Positions 24,166 through 32,000 of a stretch of 32,000 nucleotides of DNA are shown one piece after another (the first letter of the stretch is position 1; every line of letters begins with the position of its first letter). Both the position numbers and the translations under genes were made by a program. Source of the DNA: Anaeroplasma sp. (lineage in GTDB: Bacteria > Bacillota_I > Bacilli_A > Acholeplasmatales > Anaeroplasmataceae); the NCBI GenBank assembly GCA_051874325.1, contig JBJEFS010000119.1, positions 865 through 32,864 on the forward strand, read 5' to 3'. The notes below the pieces were generated by a model. That model was not told the DNA's origin. It saw nothing but the letters and a program-made list of their open reading frames with translations, and did not search any database.

Positions 24166-26019
24166 CTAGATATTGTTAGCAATGTCAATATCTTCTTTGT
24201 ACATATTCTCAATTTCTTCATCTGATAATAATTCAATACCAGACTCTTTTGTTTCTAAATCTATAATATCTTTTGTATCAATTTGTATATCATCTAAATT
24301 AAATGATATTGTTCCTATCGAATTCTCTGTTCCGCCATGTAAATATGGTTTTACAGCCTTATTTCCAATAGGTGTGTATATACTATTAAAATGTTCTTTT
24401 AGATTAAATTTAAAATCTTTTACAGGTCTTTCTCCTCTAATGAATAATAAAGCATAGTTATTATCTAACATTCTAACCTCATCTGGAGTCAATAGTTCTC
24501 TTCCAGCCATCTGGTCATTTTTAGAATAATTACCATGTGAACCATAGCTCCTACCATAGGTGTTGGTATCTATTGTTTCTTTGCCTAAAAGTTCTGATAC
24601 ATACTTGTGCGTACTTTGTTCGTTTCCGACCGCAAGTATAAAAATTCATCACAATTTCCAACAATGCTCTCCCATTGTTTCTCAAACAATGCTTTAAGTT
24701 GTGCTAGGTTTTGTAAAATGATACTTACAGAAACTTCTCTTGATCTCATTACAGACAATATTTTATCAAAATCATCTGGTAAGCTAACATTCGCAAATTC
24801 ATCCATCACAAAATGTACATGAACTGGTAAACTCCCATTATATTTATAGTCTGCTAGATAAAATAATTGCTGAAATAGTTGTGTATAAAGTATGCTTACA
24901 AGAAAATTAAATGATGTATCATTGTCTGGTATTATCGCAAATAATGCTACTTTCTTTTCCCCTAAACTTGGTAAATCCAATTCATCTGTTTGTGTTAGCT
25001 GTGCCATACTTTCTAAATTAAATTTTTCAAGTCTTGATGCTAATGTTACTTGAATAGATTTTAATGTTTTAGCTGAGCCAGAATGATATGCTCTATAATA
25101 TTTTAGTGCTATATGTTCTGGGTTTTTTGTTTCTAATCTATTAAAAAGCATATCAAGTGGACTTACATAGTCATCATCATCTTCTTTTACATCTCCAGCT
25201 CTTAACAATTCCATAACCATAACAAAGTTTTGTTCTTCCTCTGGAGCTTCGTATTTCAAATAAAATATTAGTGCTAAAAGTAACATACTTGCAGCAGTAT
25301 CCCAAAAGGGATCGTTTGTTGTGCTTCCTTTTGGAGTAGTAGATTTAAACAAGTTAGTAGATAGCTTTTGAACATCATTATCAGTTTTTATATATACAAA
25401 TGGATTATAACAATGTGATTTTTCCATATTGATTAAATCTAATATTCTAACTTCATATCCGTTCTTTTTCTAGTAGATAACCTGTATCTCTAACGATTTC
25501 CCCTTTAGGATCTAGTATAACATAAGAACTTGTGCATTGCATAACATTTGGTTTGCAATAACTAAATGTTTTACCAGCACCAGAACCACCTATTACTAGA
25601 ACATTGACATTTCTTCTATGCTTTTTTCCATTTAATCCTACAGAAACATTTTTAGTTAGTATCTTATTATAATTATTAGGTTGCTTATATTTTTTATTTA
25701 GTTCTTTAGCTTCGCCCCATTTAGCTGAACCATTTTCCTCTCTCCTCCTGTAATTTTTTCTTGTAGATTCATATACTAAAATAACTAAAATATAAATTAG
25801 CCAAAAAATAAGAATAGTTTTTATACTATTCTCTGACCATATTATATTAAATGGATTTGAAATGGCTATACTACCATTTTTAATTATTTCTATTATTCCA
25901 CCTTTAGTATATGGTGCTAAAAGGAGAGCTAACCAAGTAATCGGTACAATACCAATTATATATAAGGCTCTAGTAATTTTCTTTTCATCTTCCCTCACGA
26001 ATATACTTCCCTTTTGCAT
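24166..26019 (-). pseudogene. VirD4/TraG-type coupling protein (CD1115 type), split into three ORFs by two frameshifts
   Basis: ORFs 25453..26019 (TMs plus Walker A VLVIGGSGAGKT), 24585..25427 (HVHFVMDEFAN) and 24166..24510 (GRELLTPDEVRML) join into one roughly 615-aa T4CP once frames are shifted near 25465 and near 24630. Confidence 0.85.
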
Positions 26020-26197
26020 TCTTATTTAAAGATAATGCTCTTTTATTGGTTGGGGCATTAAGTAAATGTACAATTAACTTGTCAATAATTTCTGTATCAA
26101 TGTTTTCTTGTAATTTTGCATTTCTAAATTCATTTAAAGCATTTAACATTAACTTATAATCATACTTATCTAAAGTAATAGTTCTTGTTTCTTCCAA
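25985..26197 (-). CDS. small hypothetical protein
   Basis: 70-aa ORF between pcfB and the T4CP. Overlaps the T4CP start by 35 nt. Confidence 0.45.
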   Translation of the reverse strand: MEETRTITLDKYDYKLMLNALNEFRNAKLQENIDTEIIDKLIVHLLNAPTNKRALSLNKNAKGKYIREGR

Positions 26198-26211
26198 TTT
26201 AAAGTACCTCC

Positions 26212-26985
26212 TTATCTATTAAATTTTACTTTTTTATTAGTTTTCTTTGGAGTTTGCACTACATCTTTACTAATAGTTTTTTCTTTTGTTTTTAGTTCAT
26301 CTAATTTCTTTGCTTCTACTTTAAGCTCTGCAAGTTCTTTCTTTACTGAAGGTTTTTTAATTCCTTTAGATACCCCTTCTTGCATCTTTGAAGTCATTAA
26401 GGAAGGCTCTGACAGAGGGCTTTTTTCTGTCTTTGCCACTTGGAAATTTTCTTGTGATATTTGCTCCTTTTGTATAGGCTTTTGTGCCAGTATATCTTCT
26501 AACTGTTCCTCTTTTGATTTTTCTTGTACTCCTTTTTCTTTTTTTTGTGCTTCTCTGTTTTCAATAGATTTTGTAACTTCTGTTTCAATTCTTGTTGTAT
26601 CTACTGTTGTTAGCTTAAATCTTTCAACTATTCTATTTATTCTTGATGCATCTTCCTCTTTTACCATAATGTCCACCATACCATCTAGCTCTTTATTGTT
26701 CTTATCTACCAATGCACAATATGAAATTCCATAGTTTTTAGCTTCTTTTGCAAATGTTTTTAAATCTTCTTTCTTAATTGTAAATATTTTTAAAGGCTTG
26801 CCAGCTCGTAGCATATTATTCAGTTTAGTTTTGCCTTTTGTTTGCTTTTTATCTTTCATTATTGTATAGAGCATTGCAGCTACATTTTTTGCACCACTAC
26901 CTGTTAGTCTTGCTAAAACCTCAAAACCCTCTAAACTTAGTCTTACAACTTGTTCTGATACATCTCCATTTACACTCATAAACAA
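26212..26985 (-). CDS. PcfB (DUF3801) family protein
   Basis: VVRLSLEGFEVLARLTGSGAKNVAAMLYTI...LKIFTIKKEDLKTFAKEAKNYGISYC. An alternative ATG start is at 26979. Confidence 0.75.
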   Translation of the reverse strand: MFMSVNGDVSEQVVRLSLEGFEVLARLTGSGAKNVAAMLYTIMKDKKQTKGKTKLNNMLRAGKPLKIFTIKKEDLKTFAKEAKNYGISYCALVDKNNKELDGMVDIMVKEEDASRINRIVERFKLTTVDTTRIETEVTKSIENREAQKKEKGVQEKSKEEQLEDILAQKPIQKEQISQENFQVAKTEKSPLSEPSLMTSKMQEGVSKGIKKPSVKKELAELKVEAKKLDELKTKEKTISKDVVQTPKKTNKKVKFNR

Positions 26986-28374
26986 TTACTCCTTTCCTTT
27001 TTTATTTTTCTCTTTTTTCTTATCTTTAGTTTCTTTTTCCAATTCTTCTTGCGTATCTAATTCGGTTAAGTTCTCATCTATCTTTGGTACTCTTGTTTTA
27101 ATATCTTCGCATAGTTCCACCTTCTTTCTCAATTTGATTATTTTATCATTTAAAGATGAAATTTCTTCTGCTATTTTGTGCATTTCGTTTCCATCTTTTG
27201 ATAACTTTCTTCTTGCCCAAAGTCTTTCTCTTTGGCTTAATAATTCATTTATTTTGTAATTTGTTTCATCTTTATAATTTATTAAATCATCTAATGTTTT
27301 TATATTATGAGCATGCAAAAATCTTGCTTCATTTGATAGTTCCTCCATTCTTGATACATCTGCTCTTATACTTGCTGGTAATTTTTGTTGTGGTATATTA
27401 CTTGGAAATACTTTAAGCAAGTAGCAATAGTGATAATATAAAGCAACAAACCCTTTTGCTTTGGCTCTTTTATGCCTTTTAGCAAAAGGGTATTTAACTT
27501 TTCTATAATTATAAACACTTTCTATAAATGGAACACGAACCGCTTGCTCCTCTAAAATTCTTCTTTTGATATTTTCTATTGTGTAATTCTCTCCGTATCT
27601 TCTTTCTATTCTAATATTTCTCTTATAAGGTTCTTTTCTAATACTTATTTTATTAGCTCTAAATGTAATTTCATAATCTAATTTTTTCATTAAGTATAAA
27701 AAGTCATCATAAGAATATGCTTGTCTAATTGCAAGATCTAAATCTCGTTTTGCATTGTTAGAATAGTTATCTGTATATAGAGATTTCTTATAGTAATTAT
27801 CAAAATTTATCTTGCTTTTCTTACATGGCTTTTCTTCCAGAACACTTAATCCATATTCTCTACAAATTTCATCTGAAATATGTCTTAATCTTGCTGTATT
27901 GGTTCTATTACTATAATATTTTAATCCATCTTTAAAAGATACTGAATTGAGAACCAGATGATTGTGTATGTGATTAGTATTAAGATGAGTTGTAACTATC
28001 ACTTGAAATCTATCTCCCCACATTTCATTCGCAAGTTGTACGCCAATTTTATGTGCAAGTTCTGGACTTACCTCTCCCTCTACGAAAGATTGATATGCAT
28101 GAAAAGCTAAAATCTTATCTTCTTTATGATAGAACTTTTTTGCATCTTGCATTTCTTCATAAGCTGAATCTGGTTCACAATTTACTCCAGAAACATAATA
28201 TTCTTTTTCTGTTTTATCTGCATTTCTTGCATAGTCAATTACATTTCTTAAATCATCTACAATCATTTCATAACGATTATTAAATTCAATAGCTTTTGTT
28301 TTTTCTTTATTAGTTGCATAGTCTATAACATGATCCATTCGTTTTACAACTTTCCATAGACTTGTAGTTGCCAA
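26986..28374 (-). CDS. relaxase/mobilization nuclease (MobA/VirD2, Pfam Relaxase type)
   Basis: MATTSLWKVVKRMDHVIDYATNKEKT N-terminus, HLNTNHIHNHLVLNSVSF histidine cluster, C-terminal coiled coil. Confidence 0.9.
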   Translation of the reverse strand: MATTSLWKVVKRMDHVIDYATNKEKTKAIEFNNRYEMIVDDLRNVIDYARNADKTEKEYYVSGVNCEPDSAYEEMQDAKKFYHKEDKILAFHAYQSFVEGEVSPELAHKIGVQLANEMWGDRFQVIVTTHLNTNHIHNHLVLNSVSFKDGLKYYSNRTNTARLRHISDEICREYGLSVLEEKPCKKSKINFDNYYKKSLYTDNYSNNAKRDLDLAIRQAYSYDDFLYLMKKLDYEITFRANKISIRKEPYKRNIRIERRYGENYTIENIKRRILEEQAVRVPFIESVYNYRKVKYPFAKRHKRAKAKGFVALYYHYCYLLKVFPSNIPQQKLPASIRADVSRMEELSNEARFLHAHNIKTLDDLINYKDETNYKINELLSQRERLWARRKLSKDGNEMHKIAEEISSLNDKIIKLRKKVELCEDIKTRVPKIDENLTELDTQEELEKETKDKKKEKNKKGKE

Positions 28375-28386
28375 TTATAACACCTC

Positions 28387-28698
28387 CTACAAATATTTAC
28401 TCTTAACTTCTCTAGCAAATTTGTGCCATTTTTCTGCCTCACTTTTATAGAAATCTTTATCAATATTATTTGTACTATTTGCCTTATGTGCTATTTGATT
28501 AAGATTAACTCCTATTTTAGAAAGTTGTTTCATTACCTCATAAAATTGTATATCTGGTTTTTCTTTTATTTGTTCTTCCATTAGGAGCTTTCTAAAATAT
28601 TCGCCATAAGAAATGTTACACTTTTTACAATCTGCTATCAGTTTTTCATTTTCTACTTCATTAAGCATTATATCTTTTCTTATATATCTTTTTCTCAA
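28387..28698 (-). CDS. mobC: MobC-family relaxosome accessory protein
   Basis: LSKIGVNLNQIAHKANS motif. TTG at 28698 sits 6 nt after GGAGGG and gives MRKRYIRKDIMLNEVE.... The ATG at 28797 in the track has no RBS. Confidence 0.7.
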   Translation of the reverse strand: MRKRYIRKDIMLNEVENEKLIADCKKCNISYGEYFRKLLMEEQIKEKPDIQFYEVMKQLSKIGVNLNQIAHKANSTNNIDKDFYKSEAEKWHKFAREVKSKYL

Positions 28699-28833
28699 AT
28701 TTTTCCCTCCTTGATTTTCAAACTTGATAATGGGGATTGGGGCTTGCCCCATTGTATAGAATTTTGAAACACGATATTTTCGTGTGAACAAATTCATTGC
28801 TTGCTAGGACAAGAAATCTAATTTTAACATATT
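28699..28833. other. candidate oriT region
   Basis: Intergenic, upstream of mobC/relaxase. Inverted repeats: aatgggg...ccccatt with nested tggggc/gcccca (about 28729-28753), acacga-tattt-tcgtgt (about 28773-28789), and tttcaaa/tttgaaa flanks. Confidence 0.45.
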
Positions 28834-29829
28834 TTATCGTACTGATAATTGTTCCTTATTTTGTACTTTTTTCATTTTATACTGGTCAATTTCTTGTCTT
28901 TTTTTTAATCCCAATTTGAAACATAAATAGTCATTTATATCTTTTCCATAAGGAGCTGGAATATCATAAATATTGTACCTATTTAAAGCTATAATAAGTG
29001 CTTTTGTTGCATCTCTGCCAGCTCTATCATTATCAAAATGTAATACAATATCTTGTATATTCTTATTTTCATCTAAAAAATTCTGTACTGCTATAGGTAC
29101 TTTGCTATTTTCTATATTTTTACTTGATTGATATACTCCAGCTAGTGCTAAAAGGTTCTGATTTTGATAATCATACCCTTTTAACTTTAATAATGTTGCA
29201 TAAGATAATAAATCTATACTACTTTCAAAAATATGTATTGAATTATTAGTTATCTTACTTAACAGTCTAAAAGAAAATTCTTTTGAACTCCCTTTTGCAT
29301 CTCTCATTATCTTTTTTTCATTCGTACTTCTGCACCCAGCATACTTGATATTGTGTTGGTTATCATACCCTAAAAACACTACATTGTTTGTTTTATTCTC
29401 CTGGTATATAAGGTTATTAGTTATACAATAATTTATTATATCTTCATCAATTCCTCTATTTTTAAGGTACTCTATAACCTCTTTATTAGCGGCTGCTTTT
29501 TCTGGAATAGCCAATACTCGTGGTTCGTTATTGTTTTTAATTTCTATTCTTGTATAGGATTCAATATTTCTATTTAAAACAGAGCTTACAGCCTCTTGTA
29601 ATGTCATTTTTTCTACTTTCATTAAATAATCTACTGCTGTTTTTCCAGCCTCATTAGTAGAAAATCTATGCCATAAACCATTACTTATAATTACACTATC
29701 ATGTGTTTTTAATGAATATGTACCAGCACCTTTTTTTACAAGTTCTGATGGATTATTATTCATAAAATATGTTAATAAATCAATTTGTTTTGCTTGTTTT
29801 ACAATTTCTTTAGGTACAAATTTTGACAT
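28834..29829 (-). CDS. DUF3991 + Toprim domain protein (TraC-like conjugative primase)
   Basis: N-terminal IDLLTYF...GAGTYSLKTHDSVIISNGLWHRFS. Toprim part IHIFESSIDLLSY...VLHFDNDRAGRDA. Confidence 0.8.
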   Translation of the reverse strand: MSKFVPKEIVKQAKQIDLLTYFMNNNPSELVKKGAGTYSLKTHDSVIISNGLWHRFSTNEAGKTAVDYLMKVEKMTLQEAVSSVLNRNIESYTRIEIKNNNEPRVLAIPEKAAANKEVIEYLKNRGIDEDIINYCITNNLIYQENKTNNVVFLGYDNQHNIKYAGCRSTNEKKIMRDAKGSSKEFSFRLLSKITNNSIHIFESSIDLLSYATLLKLKGYDYQNQNLLALAGVYQSSKNIENSKVPIAVQNFLDENKNIQDIVLHFDNDRAGRDATKALIIALNRYNIYDIPAPYGKDINDYLCFKLGLKKRQEIDQYKMKKVQNKEQLSVR

Positions 29830-30264
29830 TTATACCACCATACCTTCATCTTGCATTAAGTTTTCTAGATTTTTTATTTGTTCATTATATTGTTTTATTA
29901 AATCATATTTTTTTAATGTTTTTTCTAAATATTTTAATGCTTTTTCAAAGATATTAAGTTCCAATAAAAGAACAAAAGAATTTGGCAATCCATACATCTT
30001 TAACCATAACCTAAAATGTTCTGATGCATATAATAAGTCATTAGATTCAATAAATTCATTTATATCTATTTTTTTAAATTCATTGTTTTTACATAACAAT
30101 TTAAATGCAATTTCAATTTTATTAATAACTAATGTATATGAATATTCCATTCCCCCTCTATCAGAAATATAATCTTCTAAACATTGTTTATTTCTAATAA
30201 AATTCTTTATTCTTATATTATCTAATTTTTCAAATTTCCAAATCAATTTTTCTTTTTTCTTCAT
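29830..30264 (-). CDS. hypothetical protein
   Basis: 144-aa ORF abutting the primase gene. No recognised domain. Confidence 0.5.
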   Translation of the reverse strand: MKKKEKLIWKFEKLDNIRIKNFIRNKQCLEDYISDRGGMEYSYTLVINKIEIAFKLLCKNNEFKKIDINEFIESNDLLYASEHFRLWLKMYGLPNSFVLLLELNIFEKALKYLEKTLKKYDLIKQYNEQIKNLENLMQDEGMVV

Positions 30265-30280
30265 AACAATTCCTTTCCAA

Positions 30281-30308
30281 TAAAAAAGAAGTTGATATAC
30301 TCAACTTC
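30281..30308 (-). terminator. rho-independent terminator
   Basis: gaagttga (30288-30295), tatac loop, tcaacttc (30301-30308), followed on the minus strand by TTTTTTA. Confidence 0.55.
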
Positions 30309-30324
30309 CTATTATTATTTAATT

Positions 30325-30942
30325 TTAAAAGTTTAATACTTCTTTCATACCTAACTTAAAACATAAATCTTTTTCCATATATCCCATGTCAATATCTATT
30401 TTTCGTAATTTTACAAGGGCTTTTATTTCTTCTTTATTTAAGCTAATTGGTTTTAAATCTTCAAATACCTCTATAGCATTTGGATGTTTTTCGCTTATTT
30501 CATTATACTTTTTCTGTAACTCTTTATATTCTTTTGTTTCAAATGTATATTTTCTTTTTTGTTCTTCTAACCAATCTGAAAAATTATTTGCTTCATAGTT
30601 AAGAAATGTATCATTGTCTTTTATTTCCATCTTATTAGCAAAAAATTCATTTCTTATTTTTTCTCTTTCTAACATACCTAATTTAAAATATATTAAACTC
30701 CAAAACTCTATTTCACTACCAAACTCCAATTCATAGTTATCCAACATTTTTACTGCTTTTTCATACTCTTTTGTGTTAGGAATAATCTTTTTAAGGAACA
30801 TCATAAGTTCTTCAGACAAATCACAAATTTTAAGTTCAATATCTCTTATTTCTTTATTATTCTCATATACATATTGTTCAAAATCTTCCTTTCTAAATTC
30901 ATACATCTGATCTAAAATTGGTTTATTAAATAATCCTTCCAT
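30325..30942 (-). CDS. hypothetical protein with an internal repeat ending in (Y/C)FKLGM
   Basis: 205 aa. IYFKLGMLERE and LCFKLGMKEVL close two helical repeats. GGAGG RBS. Confidence 0.55.
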   Translation of the reverse strand: MEGLFNKPILDQMYEFRKEDFEQYVYENNKEIRDIELKICDLSEELMMFLKKIIPNTKEYEKAVKMLDNYELEFGSEIEFWSLIYFKLGMLEREKIRNEFFANKMEIKDNDTFLNYEANNFSDWLEEQKRKYTFETKEYKELQKKYNEISEKHPNAIEVFEDLKPISLNKEEIKALVKLRKIDIDMGYMEKDLCFKLGMKEVLNF

Positions 30943-30971
30943 TTCTTTTTACCTCCTAAAAACATTTAACC

Positions 30972-31000
30972 ATATTACTTTTGAAATTAGAAATGTACAA
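30972..31000 (-). promoter_or_regulatory. candidate promoter
   Basis: Minus strand reads TTGTAC-N17-TAATAT, upstream of the 30942 start. Confidence 0.4.
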
Positions 31001-31024
31001 ATTATTTTTTTATATAATTGACAT

Positions 31025-31063
31025 TAAAAATAAAAAAGATATGAATTTCTTTATTCATATCTT
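31025..31063 (-). terminator. rho-independent terminator
   Basis: Perfect 11-bp stem aagatatgaat (31036-31046) / attcatatctt (31053-31063), followed on the minus strand by TTTTATTTTT. Confidence 0.7.
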
Positions 31064-31077
31064 CTTACATCATAATT

Positions 31078-31302
31078 CTATTGGTTATCATTATTTTCTT
31101 GTCTTTCTTTATTTTCAAGAATATTAAGACTATTAGATAGAGATTTTATAAAATCATCTTTTGTCATATTATGTCCTTTTATATACTCATAGGCTAACAT
31201 GCTTATAAATACGCCAAGTTCTTTTGAATCTGCTTTTAAAAGTTGGTCTATTGCTTTTTTAGCTTCATCAGCAATTATAGGTTTTCCATCAAATTGAAAC
31301 AT
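31078..31302 (-). CDS. hypothetical protein
   Basis: 74-aa ORF with a GGAGGAG RBS. No recognised domain. Confidence 0.5.
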   Translation of the reverse strand: MFQFDGKPIIADEAKKAIDQLLKADSKELGVFISMLAYEYIKGHNMTKDDFIKSLSNSLNILENKERQENNDNQ

Positions 31303-31350
31303 TTTTACTCCTCCTTTGAATTATATTCTTATTATTGTGTAGAAATTATT

Positions 31351-31650
31351 TTAGTTATCTCTAATTACCTCAATTCCATATTCCATTAATATTTCTTCTA
31401 ATGGTTCTTGAATTTCTTTCATTCCGCATTCAGTACATATTAAAGTCTTGTTATCTTTTCTTGAAATGGATGAGTAGTCTATATATATTTTTTTACAAAT
31501 AGGACAAACCTTTTTGCTAGTATTATCATTTTTTATATTATTAAAATAAATAATATTATTATTACTTGTATCTATTTCTGGGCTACCATCTTTGAAAATG
31601 CAATATTGACACATTATACGATCTGCTCTACATTTTTCACATTCAGTCAT
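31351..31650 (-). CDS. cysteine-rich (four CxxC) zinc-ribbon protein
   Basis: CEKC, CQYC, CPIC and CTEC pairs. The C-terminal half CPICKKIYIDYSSISRKDNKTLICTECGMKE looks like a rubredoxin-type zinc ribbon. Confidence 0.6.
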   Translation of the reverse strand: MTECEKCRADRIMCQYCIFKDGSPEIDTSNNNIIYFNNIKNDNTSKKVCPICKKIYIDYSSISRKDNKTLICTECGMKEIQEPLEEILMEYGIEVIRDN

Positions 31651-31706
31651 TTTTTATGCACTCCTCTTAATTTAACTATGGGATATTCTATCACAAAAAT
31701 TTGATT

Positions 31707-32000
31707 TTAGCAACGCTCTGGCGATTTTTTATCTGGAGATTTATCTTCTTTTTCTTCATGTTCATCTCCAAGCATTTCATGATCATTATCATTTATTTTT
31801 AGTGCTGCATTTATTTCGTCTAGCTTTTTTAATTTTTCCTTTAACTCTTGTTCCTGTGGAAATTCTTTTTGTATTTCATTTTTTGCGTTTTCTAATTGAA
31901 AATTAGTATTGTCCAGTTTTTCCCTTTCATGTGGTATATCTCTTGCTATATTTTCTAAACAATTATTTATTCTAGTTATATTACCATTTGTGTCAGTTCC
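31707..32000 (-). CDS. C-terminal end of a larger protein (5' part beyond the window), coiled-coil tail
   Basis: The frame is open from the window edge to TAA (31707-31709): ...NCLENIARDIPHEREKLDNTNFQLENAKNEIQKEFPQEQELKEKLKKLDEINAAL.... It resembles the tail of the very large helicase/methylase proteins of such elements (from memory only). Confidence 0.5.
   Translation of the reverse strand, partial: GTDTNGNITRINNCLENIARDIPHEREKLDNTNFQLENAKNEIQKEFPQEQELKEKLKKLDEINAALKINDNDHEMLGDEHEEKEDKSPDKKSPERC

Larger units (their letters stand above)
11440..32000 (-). mobile_element. conjugative element (MPF-FA type T4SS, relaxase, oriT, cargo), partial; left boundary approximate and right end beyond the window
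   Basis: Contiguous relaxase, MobC, PcfB, VirD4, Maff2, VirB6, PrgI, VirB4, sortase, CHAP hydrolase and primase genes. No integrase or att site is recognisable in the window. Confidence 0.75.

Noticed and set aside
24600-25480. Programmed ribosomal frameshifting to make a full-length coupling protein.
   Set aside because: Two independent shifts of opposite sign 0.8 kb apart would be needed. The second site has no slippery run, and no stimulatory structure is evident. Mutation or sequencing error is far more likely.
28699-28797. N-terminal 33-aa extension of MobC from the ATG at 28797.
   Set aside because: There is no purine-rich RBS upstream of that ATG, and the extension runs through the G/C-rich palindromes. 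GGAGGG-N6-TTG at 28698 yields the usual basic MobC N-terminus.
1-32000. CRISPR arrays, tRNA/rRNA genes, IS elements or transposase genes.
   Set aside because: No regularly spaced direct repeats, no cloverleaf-like G/C-rich segments, and no ORF with transposase or integrase motifs were found on either strand.

Overview
Strongly AT-rich, Clostridia-like DNA (the organism is a guess) in two parts. (1) Nt 1-11.4k is a redox/electrophile-stress neighbourhood. An 8-gene minus-strand operon (515-5992) encodes cupin, cyclophilin-like, flavodoxin, flavin reductase, CMD, DUF4405 and FGE-flavodoxin fusion proteins; three of them carry N-terminal signal-anchors. Its divergent LysR regulator is frameshifted. 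Next come two MerR-controlled units, a DXS-like/MerR operon and an aldo-keto reductase/NAD(P)-binding operon. Both have nearly identical dyad operators inside 19-bp-spacer promoters. (2) Nt ~11.5k-32k is most of a Firmicute MPF-FA type conjugative element (ICE or plasmid segment; no integrase in the window), almost entirely on the minus strand. From high to low coordinates: the C-terminal end of a large protein, four small unknown genes, DUF3991/Toprim primase, candidate oriT, MobC, relaxase, PcfB, VirD4-like coupling protein, Maff2, MT-A70 methylase, VirB6-like, two unknowns, PrgI, VirB4, sortase B and a CHAP hydrolase. A separately promoted Y-family polymerase/YolD operon follows. At the element edge sits an unusual cluster of very small regulators: a free RNAP alpha-CTD-like protein, a single-chain double RHH, a single-chain double AbrB, an XRE protein and a receiver-only response regulator. 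The best candidates for something new are that regulator cluster with its inverted repeat, the unknown genes on the presumed leading side of oriT, and the exported flavodoxin/FGE operon. The coupling protein is broken by two frameshifts that cancel each other. No rRNA, tRNA or CRISPR array was seen. All domain calls come from reading the translations by eye; no searches were run.
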